DNA of 64,000 nucleotides from Candidatus Poribacteria bacterium (GTDB lineage Bacteria > Poribacteria > WGA-4E > WGA-3G): the NCBI GenBank assembly GCA_964291315.2, contig OZ219753.1, positions 1,472,001 to 1,536,000 of the forward strand, in the 5' to 3' direction. The notes below the pieces were generated by a model. That model searched no databases. It had not been told where the DNA came from and saw nothing but the letters and a program-made list of their open reading frames with translations. The translations under genes and the position numbers were made by a program. Below are positions 18,487-29,304 of the stretch, piece by piece (the first letter of the stretch is position 1; every line of letters begins with the position of its first letter).

Positions 18487-19947
18487 TTATTCATGTTGTA
18501 ATGCTTCTATGGGCTTCAGATTTGCTGCTTGCCATGCAGGATAGAGCGTTGCAAGCCAGCAAATTAAGAGCGAAAGCACATTGATAAAGATAACAAAGAA
18601 CCAATTCACCTTTACCGGCATTTGATTCATCTGGTAGATATGACTGAGACCGAGTTCTTCGAACGAAATCGGCCTAACGGTGGAGTAGAGGGCAAAACCT
18701 ATTCCGATCACCCATAAAACCCCCGCCGCGAGCTTCCACCCACTTCTACTCGGCAGAGCGCGCCACACTGCGATAACTACTTGTAAAGCGATCGGCACAC
18801 CAAGAACGAGGACGTACCAGTAAGAGGGGCGCCCTCCGCTAGAGCTCAGCAGCCAACAGAAAATCAGTCCCAAGGCGGTTCCCAGCATCGTGCCAAGTGT
18901 CCCAATTATGCCCCCTTGAATCATGAAAATTCTCATGATATTGCCACGAGAGGTCCCAAGCGTTCGCAGAGTACCGATGTCCTTCGTCTTTTCCATCACA
19001 GTCATAATCAGTGTGCTTGCGATATTGAAGGAAGCCACTAAAATGATTAGCGCCTCGATGATAACAGTTGCCATTTTTTCCAATCGAAGCGCTGAGAAAA
19101 GTGGGGCTTGTAATTCCATCCATGTTCTTGCGTCCGGCATACCTTCCAAGACTGTAAATCGAACACTATCTTCAATCTTTCTAGCGACCTGGGGTGCTAA
19201 TTCCGCATCACGCAATCGGACAAAGATCGTATTGATCAGGTCCGCTTTATTGTACAGCTTTTGGGCATCGTTTATATGAATAAATCCAAAATTGTTATCA
19301 TAAACTGCCATTTCTGACTCATAGAACCCGATCACAACAAAATTTGCTAAGTCCGGCACCAGCATTGATTCGTTCACAGGGTGCTTCACAAGCTTAACCA
19401 CAAGTCGGAGGACATCGCCTTTAATAATACCGAGGCGGGCTGCCAAACGCCCACCGAGAATAATACCGCCGGTGATTGTTTCGTCTCTGATGAACTGAGC
19501 TTTTTCAATAAACTCCGAATTTTGGAAATCAGTGGATCCGGACACCAACTTTGAGAAACCTGTAACTCTGTTTTCCTGAACTGGATCAATACCTTTAATG
19601 TAGATGACATCTTGGATCGTATCGCTATGTTCCGGAAAAACACCGATTTGTGACAAGATAACCGGGGCCGTGGCTACGACTTCGTCAATTGCCTGAATTT
19701 GCGTTATCCGTTTCTGATAATCGCCGAAGAAACTCTGATCGTGTAAACGAAAAACGACATGCGCCTCATTTGCGAGAAATCGGTCTCTCAACCCGTGTTC
19801 AACGCCGTCTAATACAGCGATGACGAGAATCACCGTTGCGACACCGAGGGCAACACCTCCAATAGATATGATGCTGATGATTGAGATAAAGGACTGTTTT
19901 CGACGCGAGCGCAGATAGCGGGCAGCTACGAACCATTCAAATCTCAT
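18487..19947 (-). CDS. Lipoprotein-releasing ABC transporter permease (LolC/E family)
   Basis: VAARYLRSRRKQSFIS, FNIASTLIMTVMEKTKDIG, ATLYPAWQAA..PIEAL; abuts lolD. Confidence 0.9.
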   Translation of the reverse strand: MRFEWFVAARYLRSRRKQSFISIISIISIGGVALGVATVILVIAVLDGVEHGLRDRFLANEAHVVFRLHDQSFFGDYQKRITQIQAIDEVVATAPVILSQIGVFPEHSDTIQDVIYIKGIDPVQENRVTGFSKLVSGSTDFQNSEFIEKAQFIRDETITGGIILGGRLAARLGIIKGDVLRLVVKLVKHPVNESMLVPDLANFVVIGFYESEMAVYDNNFGFIHINDAQKLYNKADLINTIFVRLRDAELAPQVARKIEDSVRFTVLEGMPDARTWMELQAPLFSALRLEKMATVIIEALIILVASFNIASTLIMTVMEKTKDIGTLRTLGTSRGNIMRIFMIQGGIIGTLGTMLGTALGLIFCWLLSSSGGRPSYWYVLVLGVPIALQVVIAVWRALPSRSGWKLAAGVLWVIGIGFALYSTVRPISFEELGLSHIYQMNQMPVKVNWFFVIFINVLSLLICWLATLYPAWQAANLKPIEALQHE

Positions 19948-20024
19948 GCTTTAAACTATTGCTCCTGATCTGCGGGATCCTAGGGCCTTGCGCTTTCGCA
20001 ATTTTTCAGAAATCGTTGATAACC

Positions 20025-20591
20025 TCACAATCTTTTCACAACTTCAGCCTCAAAGTCTGCTTTTAAGATTCCATATCCTATTAAGTCCTCAAAGTTATCC
20101 CATTTTTTAAGGTGTTGTCGACGACACCCTTCATAGTGCATTCCAATCTTCTCAAGCACTCGCCCCGATGCAGGATTTCGTTTGAAGTAGTCAGCATAAA
20201 TTCGATTCAATTTCAGCGATTCAAAGCCATACGCAATGACTGCGCGGGCTGCTTCAGTGGCGTAACCACAGTTCCAGTACGGTTTCCCTATCCAATAGCC
20301 GATTTCACCTCTTTCATTCTGTAGGTCGAGCCTGATCCCTATAGCGCCAATTAAATTTCTATCTGTATTAATAAGTGTGATTGCAAAGTTTAGTGCTTCG
20401 TCTTTTTCATAATCGTTGTAACAGGAACGAATCCACTCCTCTGCCATACCGTCTTCGTATGGGTGTGGTATAGCACATACTGTTGATGCTACGTCGTATT
20501 CACCCACAAGGCGTTGCACGACGGCTGCATCTTCAAGTGTAAACGATCGGAGTAGCAATCTTTCTGTGAGAAGGGGCGGTGCAGTCCTCAT
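20025..20591 (-). CDS. RimJ/RimL-type GNAT acetyltransferase
   Basis: TERLLLR, EIGYWIGKPYWNCGYATEA, NPASGRVLEKIGM. Confidence 0.9.
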   Translation of the reverse strand: MRTAPPLLTERLLLRSFTLEDAAVVQRLVGEYDVASTVCAIPHPYEDGMAEEWIRSCYNDYEKDEALNFAITLINTDRNLIGAIGIRLDLQNERGEIGYWIGKPYWNCGYATEAARAVIAYGFESLKLNRIYADYFKRNPASGRVLEKIGMHYEGCRRQHLKKWDNFEDLIGYGILKADFEAEVVKRL

Positions 20592-20720
20592 TTGTCTGTG
20601 AACTCCCAATTTAACAGACCGGCCGGGCGAATCAAAAATTCCGTTCATTCCCAGCACGATGCCAAAATTGTCCTGTCTTTCTTCTACAAACGCCTCCGTA
20701 TAGAGCCGGCGGTTGACATC

Positions 20721-22211
20721 TTAGCTCTCCGGACGCATTTGTGGAAACAGGATAACATCTCTAATAGCGTATTGGTTCGTTAGTAGCATAGTCAATCGGT
20801 CGATGCCGATACCGAGGCCTCCTGTTGGGGGCATCCCATATTCCAGGGCGCGTAGATAATCCTCGTCTACCATGAAGGCTTCACTATCCCCCGCCTCTAG
20901 ATTATCCGCCTGTTCAAGAAAACGTTGACGTTGATCGATCGGATCGTTGAGTTCGCTAAAAGCGTTGCCAATCTCCATTCCACAGACAAAGATTTCAAAA
21001 CGTTCAACAAAATCGGGGGCTTCAGGTCTCTTTTTTGCAAAGGGGGATATCTCGATAGGGTGATCTGTTATAAATGTTGGCTGAATCAGTTTTGATTCGA
21101 CAAATGTATCAAAGAGTTCAGCAATAATCTTGCCCTTTGTTTCGTCGCCTGCCAATCCAACCCCGGCGTTGACTGCTTCTTTGTACAATTCATCTCCTGA
21201 CAGTGGCATTGGGTCAATACCGCTGTGCTCTCGAACAGAATCCACCATACTCACGCGCCGCCAAGGCGGTGTGAAATCCAGATCCTGTTTTTGATAGTGA
21301 ATTTTGGTGGTGCCGTGAATTGCTTTTACTGTTTCCGCGATCAGTGTTTCTGTTAGTTCCATTATCTGGTGATAGTCAGCATACGCTTGATAAAGTTCAA
21401 GCATCGTAAATTCAGGATTATGGTCCCGATCCATGCCTTCGTTTCGGAAATCGCGCGAAAATTCATAAACACGTTCAAACCCTCCGACGATCAGACGCTT
21501 AAGATACAACTCATTTGCGATCCGTAAGTAAAGCGATTGTTCTAGGGTATTATGATATGTTGTGAACGGACGCGCATTTGCCCCACCGTAGATTGGTTGG
21601 AGCACAGGCGTTTCTACTTCGATAAAGTCTTGGGTATTGAGCATGTCCCGAAGGGCTTGGACGATTCGCGTTCTTTTTAGAAAAACGTCTTTTACCTCAG
21701 GATTCATGATGAGATCTGCATAACGTTGTCTGTAGCGTGTCTGTTTATCTTGTAGGCCGTGCCATTTTTCTGGGAGCGGCCGAATAGATTTAGAGAGAAG
21801 TTTTATGCAGTCAACAAGAATAGTGAGTTCACCAGTCCGCGTTCGAAAAACTGTTCCCTCAGCACCAATAATGTCACCACTATCAAAGCGCCGGTAAATT
21901 TTGTATGATTCCGAACCAACTTTGTCGCGGCGAATGTAAATCTGGATCCTGCCTGCACCATCTTGAACATGAGCGAAACTGCTTTTTCCGTGATCCCGTT
22001 TTGTCATAATCCTGCCTGCCACTCGGACTTTCTGTGTCTCATCCGGTGCCTCTTGGACATCCGCAAAATCTCTCTGAATTGTGACAGTTGTGTGTGTGGG
22101 TTCGTACCTATGTGGATACGGGTCTACTCCGAATTCTCGAATCTCGTTGAGTTTCTCACGACGTTGCTGCATTAAGCCCTTTGTGTCTTCCACGATTTCC
22201 CTTCTTTTCAT
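20721..22211 (-). CDS. lysS: Lysyl-tRNA synthetase, class II
   Basis: RYRQRYADL, GGANARPF, FRNEGMDRDHNPEFTMLE, GMPPTGGLGIGIDRL. Confidence 0.97.
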   Translation of the reverse strand: MKRREIVEDTKGLMQQRREKLNEIREFGVDPYPHRYEPTHTTVTIQRDFADVQEAPDETQKVRVAGRIMTKRDHGKSSFAHVQDGAGRIQIYIRRDKVGSESYKIYRRFDSGDIIGAEGTVFRTRTGELTILVDCIKLLSKSIRPLPEKWHGLQDKQTRYRQRYADLIMNPEVKDVFLKRTRIVQALRDMLNTQDFIEVETPVLQPIYGGANARPFTTYHNTLEQSLYLRIANELYLKRLIVGGFERVYEFSRDFRNEGMDRDHNPEFTMLELYQAYADYHQIMELTETLIAETVKAIHGTTKIHYQKQDLDFTPPWRRVSMVDSVREHSGIDPMPLSGDELYKEAVNAGVGLAGDETKGKIIAELFDTFVESKLIQPTFITDHPIEISPFAKKRPEAPDFVERFEIFVCGMEIGNAFSELNDPIDQRQRFLEQADNLEAGDSEAFMVDEDYLRALEYGMPPTGGLGIGIDRLTMLLTNQYAIRDVILFPQMRPES

Positions 22212-22250
22212 AGTTTATTAGACGCAGTTGCCCAAATAACGTTTTTAATA

Positions 22251-22279
22251 ATTATACCGAAGTTTTATCCGTAAAGCAA
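22251..22279 (-). promoter_or_regulatory. Sigma70-type promoter upstream of lysS
   Basis: Minus strand TTGCTT-N17-TATAAT. Confidence 0.65.
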
Positions 22280-22378
22280 CCTAAAATAGTAGGAGTTTAG
22301 TTCTTCAGCAGGAAAACTCTGCCCCCGCGCCTTTCCATTTAAAGCCGCATAGAAAGCTTGATGAACCCCTTTCATATG

Positions 22379-23483
22379 TTATTTCGGTTGTGCTTTCATT
22401 TTCAAATAGGCTTCAATGAATGGATCTAACGCTCCATCTAATACCGCATTAACATTCCCGGTTTCGACGTTTGTGCGCAGGTCTTTGACACGCTGATAAG
22501 GATGGAGTACGTAAGAGCGGATCTGACTCCCGAAGTCGATGTCGAGGCGTTCGCTTCGCTGTTTTGAAATTTCTGCTTCGAGTTCTGTCCGATATTTCTC
22601 ATGGAGACGGGAACGGAGGAGTTTCATTGCGATTTCCCGATTCTTGTGCTGCGAACGTTCGTTCTGGCACTGCACAATAATTCCCGTGGGCTTGTGTGTA
22701 ATCCGAACGGCTGAATCTGTGACATTGACATGTTGACCCCCGGCACCACTTGCCCGATAAAAGTCTATCCGCAGATCCTCTGCTTGGATATCGACCTCAA
22801 CGGAGTCGTCTATTTCGGGGGTGACATCAATGGCAGCAAAGGAGGTGTGTCGGCGTTTGTTAAAGTCGTAAGGAGACAACCGCACAAGCCTATGCACTCC
22901 TGCCTCAGCTTGTAGGTAACCATAAGCCCAAGCACCTTTGACGAGGATAGTCGCCCCCTTAATGCCGGCCTCATCCCCGGGCGTGATATGGACGATTTCA
23001 GTCTGATAACCGCGTTGGTCACACCAGCGGAAATACATCCGCATTAGCATCCCCGCCCAGTCTTGCGCATCGATCCCTCCTGCGCCAGAGTGGACATTGA
23101 GAATTGCGTTATTTTTATCAAAATCGCCGTTTAGCATTAACTGGAGCTCTATCTGGTCGAGATACTTTGAAATGCTCGCCAAACCTTCCACAATTTCAGT
23201 CTGTAAACTTGTGTCGTTTTCTTCGATGGCGAGTGCAAGCAAGGTCTGCACATCTTCAATTTTGAGAGCGAGTGCTTCGTAGGAAGTGATTTCGTCTCGT
23301 AACACAGAAATGCGTTGGTTGACTTTTCGGACCCGTTGGGTATCGCTCCAAAAATCTGGAGTAGTGGTTGTTTCTTCGAGTTCAGCTAATTCTTTACGTT
23401 TTCTAGCGAGGTCAAAGATAGTCTCCGAGTTTCAAGAGCCGGGCATGTATTTCTTCAACCTGTATTTTTAAATCTACAAGCAT
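22379..23483 (-). CDS. prfB: Peptide chain release factor 2, programmed +1 frameshift
   Basis: ATG 23483 MLVDLKIQVEEIHARLLKLGDYL then CTT-TGA-C (23417-23411). The +1 frame joins the 22379-23305 ORF, which has GGQ and SPY (SPF-like) motifs. Confidence 0.95.
23411..23427 (-). promoter_or_regulatory. prfB autoregulatory frameshift site
   Basis: Minus strand CGGAGACTATCTTTGAC: internal SD-like GGAG plus CTTTGAC slippery site. Confidence 0.9.
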
Positions 23484-23500
23484 GTATTACCTCATGAGGG

Positions 23501-25174
23501 TTAGGAATCACTGCGACGGGATCGGAAAACGATTTGGCTGCCGAACCATCCGATACAGATGAGTAGGCAGAGAATCGGAAACCAATCGCCGTAGCGAGTA
23601 TAGAGTGTATGTTTGCGCGCCGACGAAGAAAGAATCGACACCGGCGCAGTAAGCACCTGTTGCGTAGTGTCCGGTGTTATTAAGGGAGTCGTTATCCGAC
23701 CGAACTGGTCAACGACGCAGGTAAATCCCCCGTTTGCACAACGGAATACTGCGATTCGGTTCTCAACTGCGCGAAACGGGGTCATCGACAAGTGCAGTTC
23801 AGGGAAGGCTGTCCCTTTGAACCAAGCATCGTTCGTAAAGATCCCCATTACCTGGGCACCTTTTTGAACGGGACGGCGAAATTCGTCAGGAAATACCGAC
23901 TCAAAACAGATCGAAGCCCCCACCTCTACTTTCCGGTGTTCTGTTCTATTTTTAACGTTAAACACGGGTAAAAGGTTTACTGATTTTCCATGGGCAAAGG
24001 GTCTGAATTGGATAAAGTTGGGAATGAAATCCGGGAGAAGATGTGTCAAAGGCACATATTCACCGAATGGAACGAGGTGCATCTTGGCGTACCCACTATT
24101 TATCTTTCCATCTGGAGATATTGACAAAATTCGATTGTATATATTGGTATTTCTTTCTGCCCCTACAGCCCGCTCGGAAAATTTGCCTATTGTCCGAGCT
24201 ATTTCCTCTCCTTCAATAGCTGTGCCGATGAGCATAGGAGTTGCAATCTTGAAAAGCATTGCGGAGAACCTGTTATAATAGGTCGGCCATTCGCCTGTTA
24301 ATGCTTCGCTTCTCGTCGCCGTCTCTGGCCAGGCAATAAGGTCCGGATTTTCTCGATTCGCTTCGTAGGTCAAGTTGATATAACGTTGGAGAATTTGCGG
24401 AAATCGACGTAAGTCCCATTTTTCAAGTTGCGAGATATTCCCCGGGACAAGTGCAACGCTCAAGGTTTCGGGGTTTTCAGCCGCTGCAGTATCGCCTAGA
24501 GGAGCTGCATCTCGGAGTTGGAAGGCTCCGTAGCCAAAGCAGCATAGGCTCAAGATCAGTGGGAAAACAAAGGCCAGTATCTCTTGTCGCCACCGATGGC
24601 GGTTACAAAGTAGGGTCGCAATACCAGCGTTGAAGAAGACAATGACAAAACTGATACCGTGGACCCCAACAAGCGAAGCCATCTGTATTCCAAGCAAATT
24701 GTTCCATTGTGAGTAGCCGATGCTTCCCCACGGAAACCCTGTTATCATCCAACTTCGCACCCATTCGAGCGCTGTCCATATACAGGCAGCTGCGATGGGA
24801 AAGAGGACACCGGAACGCCACGGGACGATCCTCATCAGAACTGGAAAGATGGCGAAATAGAGGGCTGTGTAGCCCACAAGTAGTAGGTAACCTGCTACCG
24901 TGGCGAAAATATTTGCATACGGATAAAGAAGAGCAATAGCCGGAAGTAGACCTGCAAAAAATAGAAACCCTGTTAGATAACCGGTCCAGAAAGCCGATTT
25001 CCGGGTCGTTGTGCGCCTGAGAGCAATGAAAAATGGCACCATTGCAACCCAAGCGAACGGAAAAAGGTTGACAGTGGGGAAGCTGAGAAACAACAAGAGT
25101 GATGAAAGCGCCGCAAGGATCCAATGGTGGTAACGTTTCTGCGAACTTTCTGTTTTCTCGTCTTTGGCGTTCAT
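23501..25174 (-). CDS. lnt: Apolipoprotein N-acyltransferase
   Basis: TGFPWGSIGYSQ, WPET, KMHLVPFGEYVP, ICFESVF, TNDAWF. Confidence 0.95.
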   Translation of the reverse strand: MNAKDEKTESSQKRYHHWILAALSSLLLFLSFPTVNLFPFAWVAMVPFFIALRRTTTRKSAFWTGYLTGFLFFAGLLPAIALLYPYANIFATVAGYLLLVGYTALYFAIFPVLMRIVPWRSGVLFPIAAACIWTALEWVRSWMITGFPWGSIGYSQWNNLLGIQMASLVGVHGISFVIVFFNAGIATLLCNRHRWRQEILAFVFPLILSLCCFGYGAFQLRDAAPLGDTAAAENPETLSVALVPGNISQLEKWDLRRFPQILQRYINLTYEANRENPDLIAWPETATRSEALTGEWPTYYNRFSAMLFKIATPMLIGTAIEGEEIARTIGKFSERAVGAERNTNIYNRILSISPDGKINSGYAKMHLVPFGEYVPLTHLLPDFIPNFIQFRPFAHGKSVNLLPVFNVKNRTEHRKVEVGASICFESVFPDEFRRPVQKGAQVMGIFTNDAWFKGTAFPELHLSMTPFRAVENRIAVFRCANGGFTCVVDQFGRITTPLITPDTTQQVLTAPVSILSSSARKHTLYTRYGDWFPILCLLICIGWFGSQIVFRSRRSDS

Positions 25175-25227
25175 TTTGGGGTTTAAGTCTTCAGATTCTC
25201 CTTCTGCTAGCGGTCTCTTCTTTTATA

Positions 25228-25256
25228 ATTTTAGCAGAGATGCCTTTTTCTGTCAA
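25228..25256 (-). promoter_or_regulatory. Sigma70-type promoter upstream of lnt
   Basis: Minus strand TTGACA-N17-TAAAAT with TG extension. Confidence 0.75.
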
Positions 25257-25432
25257 CATGAAAACGAACCGCATTCGGAGGCATTTACAGTAAAACCCAA
25301 ACCTCCATACAAAGTGACCACTTTCCAACTGCCAACGCTGCTTTTTTTATAGACAATTTTCGCTGTTGCTGATAGGCTTTACTTCACTCTAAGTATCTCT
25401 AATTTAAGGTAACAGCTCCATTGGAGAAATTT

Positions 25433-26188
25433 ATGCAAATAAGACCGAATCGAGTTAAACAGAAGTTAGCAGCTGGCGATCTCGCCCATGTTATTTCAGG
25501 ATTAACAAGCGCCGATGACATAGATACCTTCGGGCCGAGCGGCTTCGACGGTGTCTGGTTGGAAGGCGAACACGGGCCGGTTGATGCGGGACTACTTGGT
25601 GATCTGACACGTGCATGCGACCTCTGGGGGATCACCCCCATCACACGGGTTAACCGCAACGACCAAGGACTTATCTATCGGACATTAGATTGCGGATCAA
25701 TGGGAATCTGTGTCCCCCACGTCAATACGAAAGCGGACGCACAAAACGTTGTGGACGGCGCGAAGTTCGCACCTATCGGACACCGCGGCATGTTCACCAG
25801 TCGTCAAGGCTACGGTGTAAACAACTATTTTGATGTCGCTAATTCGCAAACGCTTGTCATTGTTTTGATTGAGGATATCCTCGCTGTCAGCAACCTTGAC
25901 GAGATTCTTGCTGTCGATCATATTGACGTGTTTTTTGTTGCACCATCAGATTTGGCGACTTCTATGGGATATATCGGGAATCTTACACATCCAGAGGTCC
26001 AGCGTACAATTGACGCTGCCCTTGCTCGCATCCAAGAAGAAGGACGAGTCGCTGGGACTTTGACAACCAACGCCACTGTCGAAAAATATGTGAAGGCCGG
26101 GGTACAGTTTCTGATGACCAGTGTGAACGGATGGATTACGTCCGGGGCAGCAGCATTTAAAGCAGCTGCGGAAAATGCAAAACCCTGA
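25433..26188 (+). CDS. HpcH/HpaI aldolase family protein
   Basis: FDGVWLEGEHG, KFAPIGHRG, LIED, IDVFFVAPSDL. Confidence 0.88.
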   Translation: MQIRPNRVKQKLAAGDLAHVISGLTSADDIDTFGPSGFDGVWLEGEHGPVDAGLLGDLTRACDLWGITPITRVNRNDQGLIYRTLDCGSMGICVPHVNTKADAQNVVDGAKFAPIGHRGMFTSRQGYGVNNYFDVANSQTLVIVLIEDILAVSNLDEILAVDHIDVFFVAPSDLATSMGYIGNLTHPEVQRTIDAALARIQEEGRVAGTLTTNATVEKYVKAGVQFLMTSVNGWITSGAAAFKAAAENAKP

Positions 26189-26349
26189 GTTGTTTTAAAG
26201 CGGCAATGTGATGCATTTCTTAGGTAAAACTGACCGATGAAGCCGGGCTTGAAAGAGAATATCTACCACGGCATTTTCCGGCCTGTGTGTCAATCTAAGC
26301 TGCTTACATTGTTACACCACAAATATTGATAAATTTTAGATAAACGGAT

Positions 26350-26907
26350 ATGAAAATCTATACAAAATTCGGTGACGCTGGTGAGAGTGCACTGTATGGC
26401 GGAAACAAGTTAAGGAAAGATGCACTACACTTTGAAGCGATTGGCACTGTTGACGAACTCAACGCCCATATCGGCTATGCTCAAACGTTGATTGGCGATC
26501 CCAATCTTTCTGAATTGTTGTCACGTGTCCAACATCATCTCTTTGCAGTTGGGGCAGATTTAGCAACGCCCACAACACATACAAAATCTGCTGATATGCG
26601 AATATCAGAAGACTTCACGACAGAGATGGAGGCTGCGATAGACACACTTTCTGCAGAAATACCACCGCTGAAAAATTTTATTCTCCCCGGCGGAGGTGCA
26701 GCCGGTGCTATTTTACATATTGCGCGCGTCGTGTGCCGTCGAAGTGAACGGTGCGTCGTCCGGCTGGCGCATGAAACAGAGGTCAATGCCGAAATACTCC
26801 GAAGTTTAAATAGACTTTCAGACCTCCTATTTGTTCTCGCCCGCACGGTGAACTTCAGAGCGAACACTTCGGAACCGATCTGGGAAGGGCACACAAATTC
26901 CGAATAA
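26350..26907 (+). CDS. PduO-type ATP:cob(I)alamin adenosyltransferase
   Basis: KIYTKFGDAGES, GTVDELNA, FILPGG, RVVCRRSER, LNRLSDLLF. Confidence 0.93.
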   Translation: MKIYTKFGDAGESALYGGNKLRKDALHFEAIGTVDELNAHIGYAQTLIGDPNLSELLSRVQHHLFAVGADLATPTTHTKSADMRISEDFTTEMEAAIDTLSAEIPPLKNFILPGGGAAGAILHIARVVCRRSERCVVRLAHETEVNAEILRSLNRLSDLLFVLARTVNFRANTSEPIWEGHTNSE

Positions 26908-27027
26908 TTGCTCCGATACCTAACTAACAGATAGCACGGAAAACGGAGTCACGTCCATAAGCCCTGATTATTTTACAATTTTATAAACGTCTTTTGGATG
27001 TCCTTTCGAGTCGAGAGTTTACGCGGT

Positions 27028-28485
27028 CTAAACCGCATCAAACAGAGACGCTTGCATCGGCTTGCCTGTCCAAGGATTCGTCAACGGCGGCAACCTTAGC
27101 AGGACGTCCCAACGCTTCCCACAACTATAGTATTCCTCTATAGAAAAACACTGGATCGGAGCGTAAGTAGAAATACCCATTTCAATCGGAGGCAACTGGT
27201 GCTGCCAACGCTTCTGAGCCGTCTGCGCATCGCGGGTGATAAGGATGCCCATCGCAGCGTTATGATTGCGAATGGTTGTCTGCAGACGTTCATACTTCGA
27301 CTTTTGCTGTCCCTTTGCCCCGGTGACCTGCACTAATATCGCTCTCTGCTCCATATTGTCAGGTTTATCGCGCATCATGCCGAAGCCGTCGATGCCGTCG
27401 TCGGCTGTCTTCTTTGGATTTGCAGCGAACCCATCTATTAGGGATACTGCCCAGTCTTGAAATTTCAGGGGTGCTGTATCCGCCAATTGATATGCTGTTG
27501 GGGCATCGACGGGGACACCTAAGATGGGCATTGTAGGGAATCCGTTAGGTTTTAGGCGATAGTTATTGACGAGTTCTAAGGCGAAGGGTAGTATGTCTAT
27601 GCCTATAGCGTATCTGTTGTGCTTTTTTGCTGCTTCTATGGTTGTGCCGCATCCACAAAAGGGGTCTAAGACGATGTGGTTAGGATTGGAGGAGGCTTTG
27701 ATAATCCGTTCGTAGAGAGCCAGCGGCTTTTGCGTTGGATAACCAAGACGTTCTTTGGCTTGTGAATGTATAAGTGAAACTTCCCACACATTCCCCATGG
27801 CAACACCGTCGTGTTTTCTAATGTCCTTCATAAGCGTATTTTTATCCTGAGTCCACTTCCCATCCACTAAAACTCGCTTGTATTTATCTTTATGTGTTTT
27901 GGGCGAAAATTTTTCGTAGAGCTGATTGAAAACACATTGGTCGCCTCCATAATAGAGCAGAACATCATGGTTACTTTTGAAATTTTTACCCCCTTGACCG
28001 AATTTTCGGTAGAACCAAATGATCTCATTTCGGAAGTTTTTTATACCAAATATAGCATCCATTACGAGTTTTAGGTAATGACTGGCATACGGGTCGCAGT
28101 GTAGATAAATGCTTCCTGTGCTTTTTAGTATCCGATGCATTTCAAATAACCTTTCCGCCATATAAGAGGTATAGGAAAGCATCTTAGACTTCGGAATACA
28201 GAGATCAAACGCTTGTATCACCTTTGACGCAGGATTCGCAATCGCAGACTTTACACGCTCAACGCGTTCGGCTGACGCATCGTCCCAATCCCAGATATCA
28301 TCAAACGCTTTTATCTGTGGATCAATGTTCCGTAATCCGCTGCCTTTGAAGATGGTATTGTAGGTGCGGTTGGAATTGAAAGGCGGGTCGAGGCAGATCA
28401 GGTCTACAGCGTCCTCGGGAAAGTTGCTCATGATGTCGAGGCAGTCTCCATAGTATAATGTATTTGGGTCGAAACGTAGGTTCAT
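27028..28485 (-). CDS. Orphan beta-class DNA methyltransferase fused to an Mrr-like C-terminal domain
   Basis: LYYGDCL, DLICLDPPFNS, GYPTQKPLAL, VLDPFCGCGTT; C-terminal FQDWAV...DDGIDG...LVQVT...AAMGILIT. Confidence 0.85.
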   Translation of the reverse strand: MNLRFDPNTLYYGDCLDIMSNFPEDAVDLICLDPPFNSNRTYNTIFKGSGLRNIDPQIKAFDDIWDWDDASAERVERVKSAIANPASKVIQAFDLCIPKSKMLSYTSYMAERLFEMHRILKSTGSIYLHCDPYASHYLKLVMDAIFGIKNFRNEIIWFYRKFGQGGKNFKSNHDVLLYYGGDQCVFNQLYEKFSPKTHKDKYKRVLVDGKWTQDKNTLMKDIRKHDGVAMGNVWEVSLIHSQAKERLGYPTQKPLALYERIIKASSNPNHIVLDPFCGCGTTIEAAKKHNRYAIGIDILPFALELVNNYRLKPNGFPTMPILGVPVDAPTAYQLADTAPLKFQDWAVSLIDGFAANPKKTADDGIDGFGMMRDKPDNMEQRAILVQVTGAKGQQKSKYERLQTTIRNHNAAMGILITRDAQTAQKRWQHQLPPIEMGISTYAPIQCFSIEEYYSCGKRWDVLLRLPPLTNPWTGKPMQASLFDAV

Positions 28486-29304
28486 ACAGCAAATCTCCTG
28501 TGTATAACATCTATTGTCGGGTTTAGGTTTCGGGGATGCCCGCGGCTCTCTATGGGGGTCGTCTTTTCCACGTCGCCTGCCATTTCTGATACGCGAAAAA
28601 AGTTGTCCATTTTGCAGAAAAGTGTTATCATAAACATTGGAAATTCCTTATCGATTTGATTTGGATTAATGATCAAAGCGTTTGCGTCTATAGGACGTGG
28701 CATGCCAGAGCAGATAGCAGCTCCGCCACGGCAGAGAGAGAACCTTCTAAAACGTTCCTCGGTTGGGAACGCTAAAGTGTTAAGTCGGACGCGGAGGCTT
28801 AGGTGGGATTTACGCAAAGACAACGGAATAGCAAAAACAAGCAAAACAGGAGCAAATAGATGCCCGCGCGAAGGCACCTGATAATGTGTATTCGCGTAAG
28901 TTTTGTTAGAAATAGTGAGGGAACAATCGAGATGTGTTAACTTTAAGTTAAATTTAGCGGGGGGGGTAATAACCGATTGTTAAAGCCGATGCATTGACGA
29001 AACAGCAGAAGGCGTTAACTTTCCACAAGGCGCAGCAGCTGCCTCGGAGAGTCTTTCGCTTTACTTTCTTATCTGTAAAATTAACAACACGGTTATTCAT
29101 TGTTGTTCGTTACCATCTTCAATGTAGGACGCTTAGTTGGTTTCGACCAACTTTCAGGTTAGCATAAATTAAACATTGTCTGAAACGTGAATATTAACAT
29201 TAGACGATTATCAAGTTTTTCAATTGTATCACAGATTGACCTATATTGCAAAGTTTTTCTTCTTGTTTTTATGTTCAAAGCGACCTTTACAAAAGGAGTG
29301 TAAA

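Noticed and set aside
22379-23305. prfB as a truncated pseudogene
   Set aside because: Explained by the canonical programmed +1 frameshift.
26189-26349. Cobalamin riboswitch upstream of the PduO-type gene
   Set aside because: No B12-box or conserved GGGAA/GCCACTG core was recognised.
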